Assembly (NCBI GenBank): GCA_002104905.1 | Contig: MCFE01000559.1 | Location: 1-57,947, forward strand | Direction of reading: 5' to 3' | DNA length: 57,947 nt | Source of the DNA: Basidiobolus meristosporus CBS 931.73 | Lineage: Eukaryota; Fungi; Basidiobolomycota | In this document: in pieces, positions 57,742 through 57,947 of the stretch | How the letters are laid out: each line of letters opens with the position of its first letter | How positions within the stretch are numbered: position 1 is the stretch's first letter | The notes under the pieces: model-generated | What the model saw: only the letters and a program-made list of their open reading frames with translations | Told to the model about the DNA's origin: nothing | Database searches by the model: none | Translations under genes and position numbers: made by a program

Positions 57742-57947
57742 TTAGGGTTAGGGTTAGGGTTAGGGTTAGGGTTAGGGTTAGGGTTAGGGTTAGGGTTAGG
57801 GTTAGGGTTAGGGTTAGGGTTAGGGTTAGGGTTAGGGTTAGGGTTAGGGTTAGGGTTAGGGTTAGGGTTAGGGTTAGGGTTAGGGTTAGGGTTAGGGTTA
57901 GGGTTAGGGTTAGGGTTAGGGTTAGGGTTAGGGTTAGGGTTAGGGTT
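57742..57947 (+). repeat. Telomere (TTAGGG)n, 34 repeats plus TT
   Basis: Perfect tandem TTAGGG running to the end of the window, G-rich strand 5'->3' toward the end. Confidence 0.99.

Overview
This is the right end of a eukaryotic chromosome, most likely fungal. Evidence: short GT-AG introns with CTRAC branch sites, a low-MW thioredoxin reductase, a CRT10-like WD40 gene, Ty1/copia elements and a terminal (TTAGGG)34 tract. An early-diverging lineage such as Basidiobolus is a guess, not established. From left to right: a copia solo LTR; SAM decarboxylase (SPE2); a ~12 kb CpG-depleted graveyard of Ty1/copia elements (~7-19 kb); housekeeping genes (TRR1, CRT10-like, a divergent cystathionine beta-synthase-like gene); and a subtelomeric block with three intronless APC/CAT amino-acid permeases (two in a 3.9 kb inverted duplication) plus a secreted 3D/MltA-like protein. 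The most notable part is 50.4-57.9 kb, a head-to-tail array of non-LTR retroelements, all on the minus strand with 5' ends toward the telomere and joined by only 1-3 TTAGGG-like repeats. It holds two diverged APE-endonuclease LINE copies and two ~520 bp copies of a structured, tRNA-headed SINE-like element. All four share a 3' module (UGGCUUCUUU box, AAUAAA, UCACC/GGUGA hairpin, CCCUAA end). This looks like a telomere-targeted LINE/SINE pair. All coordinates and counts were read by hand and no database searches were run.
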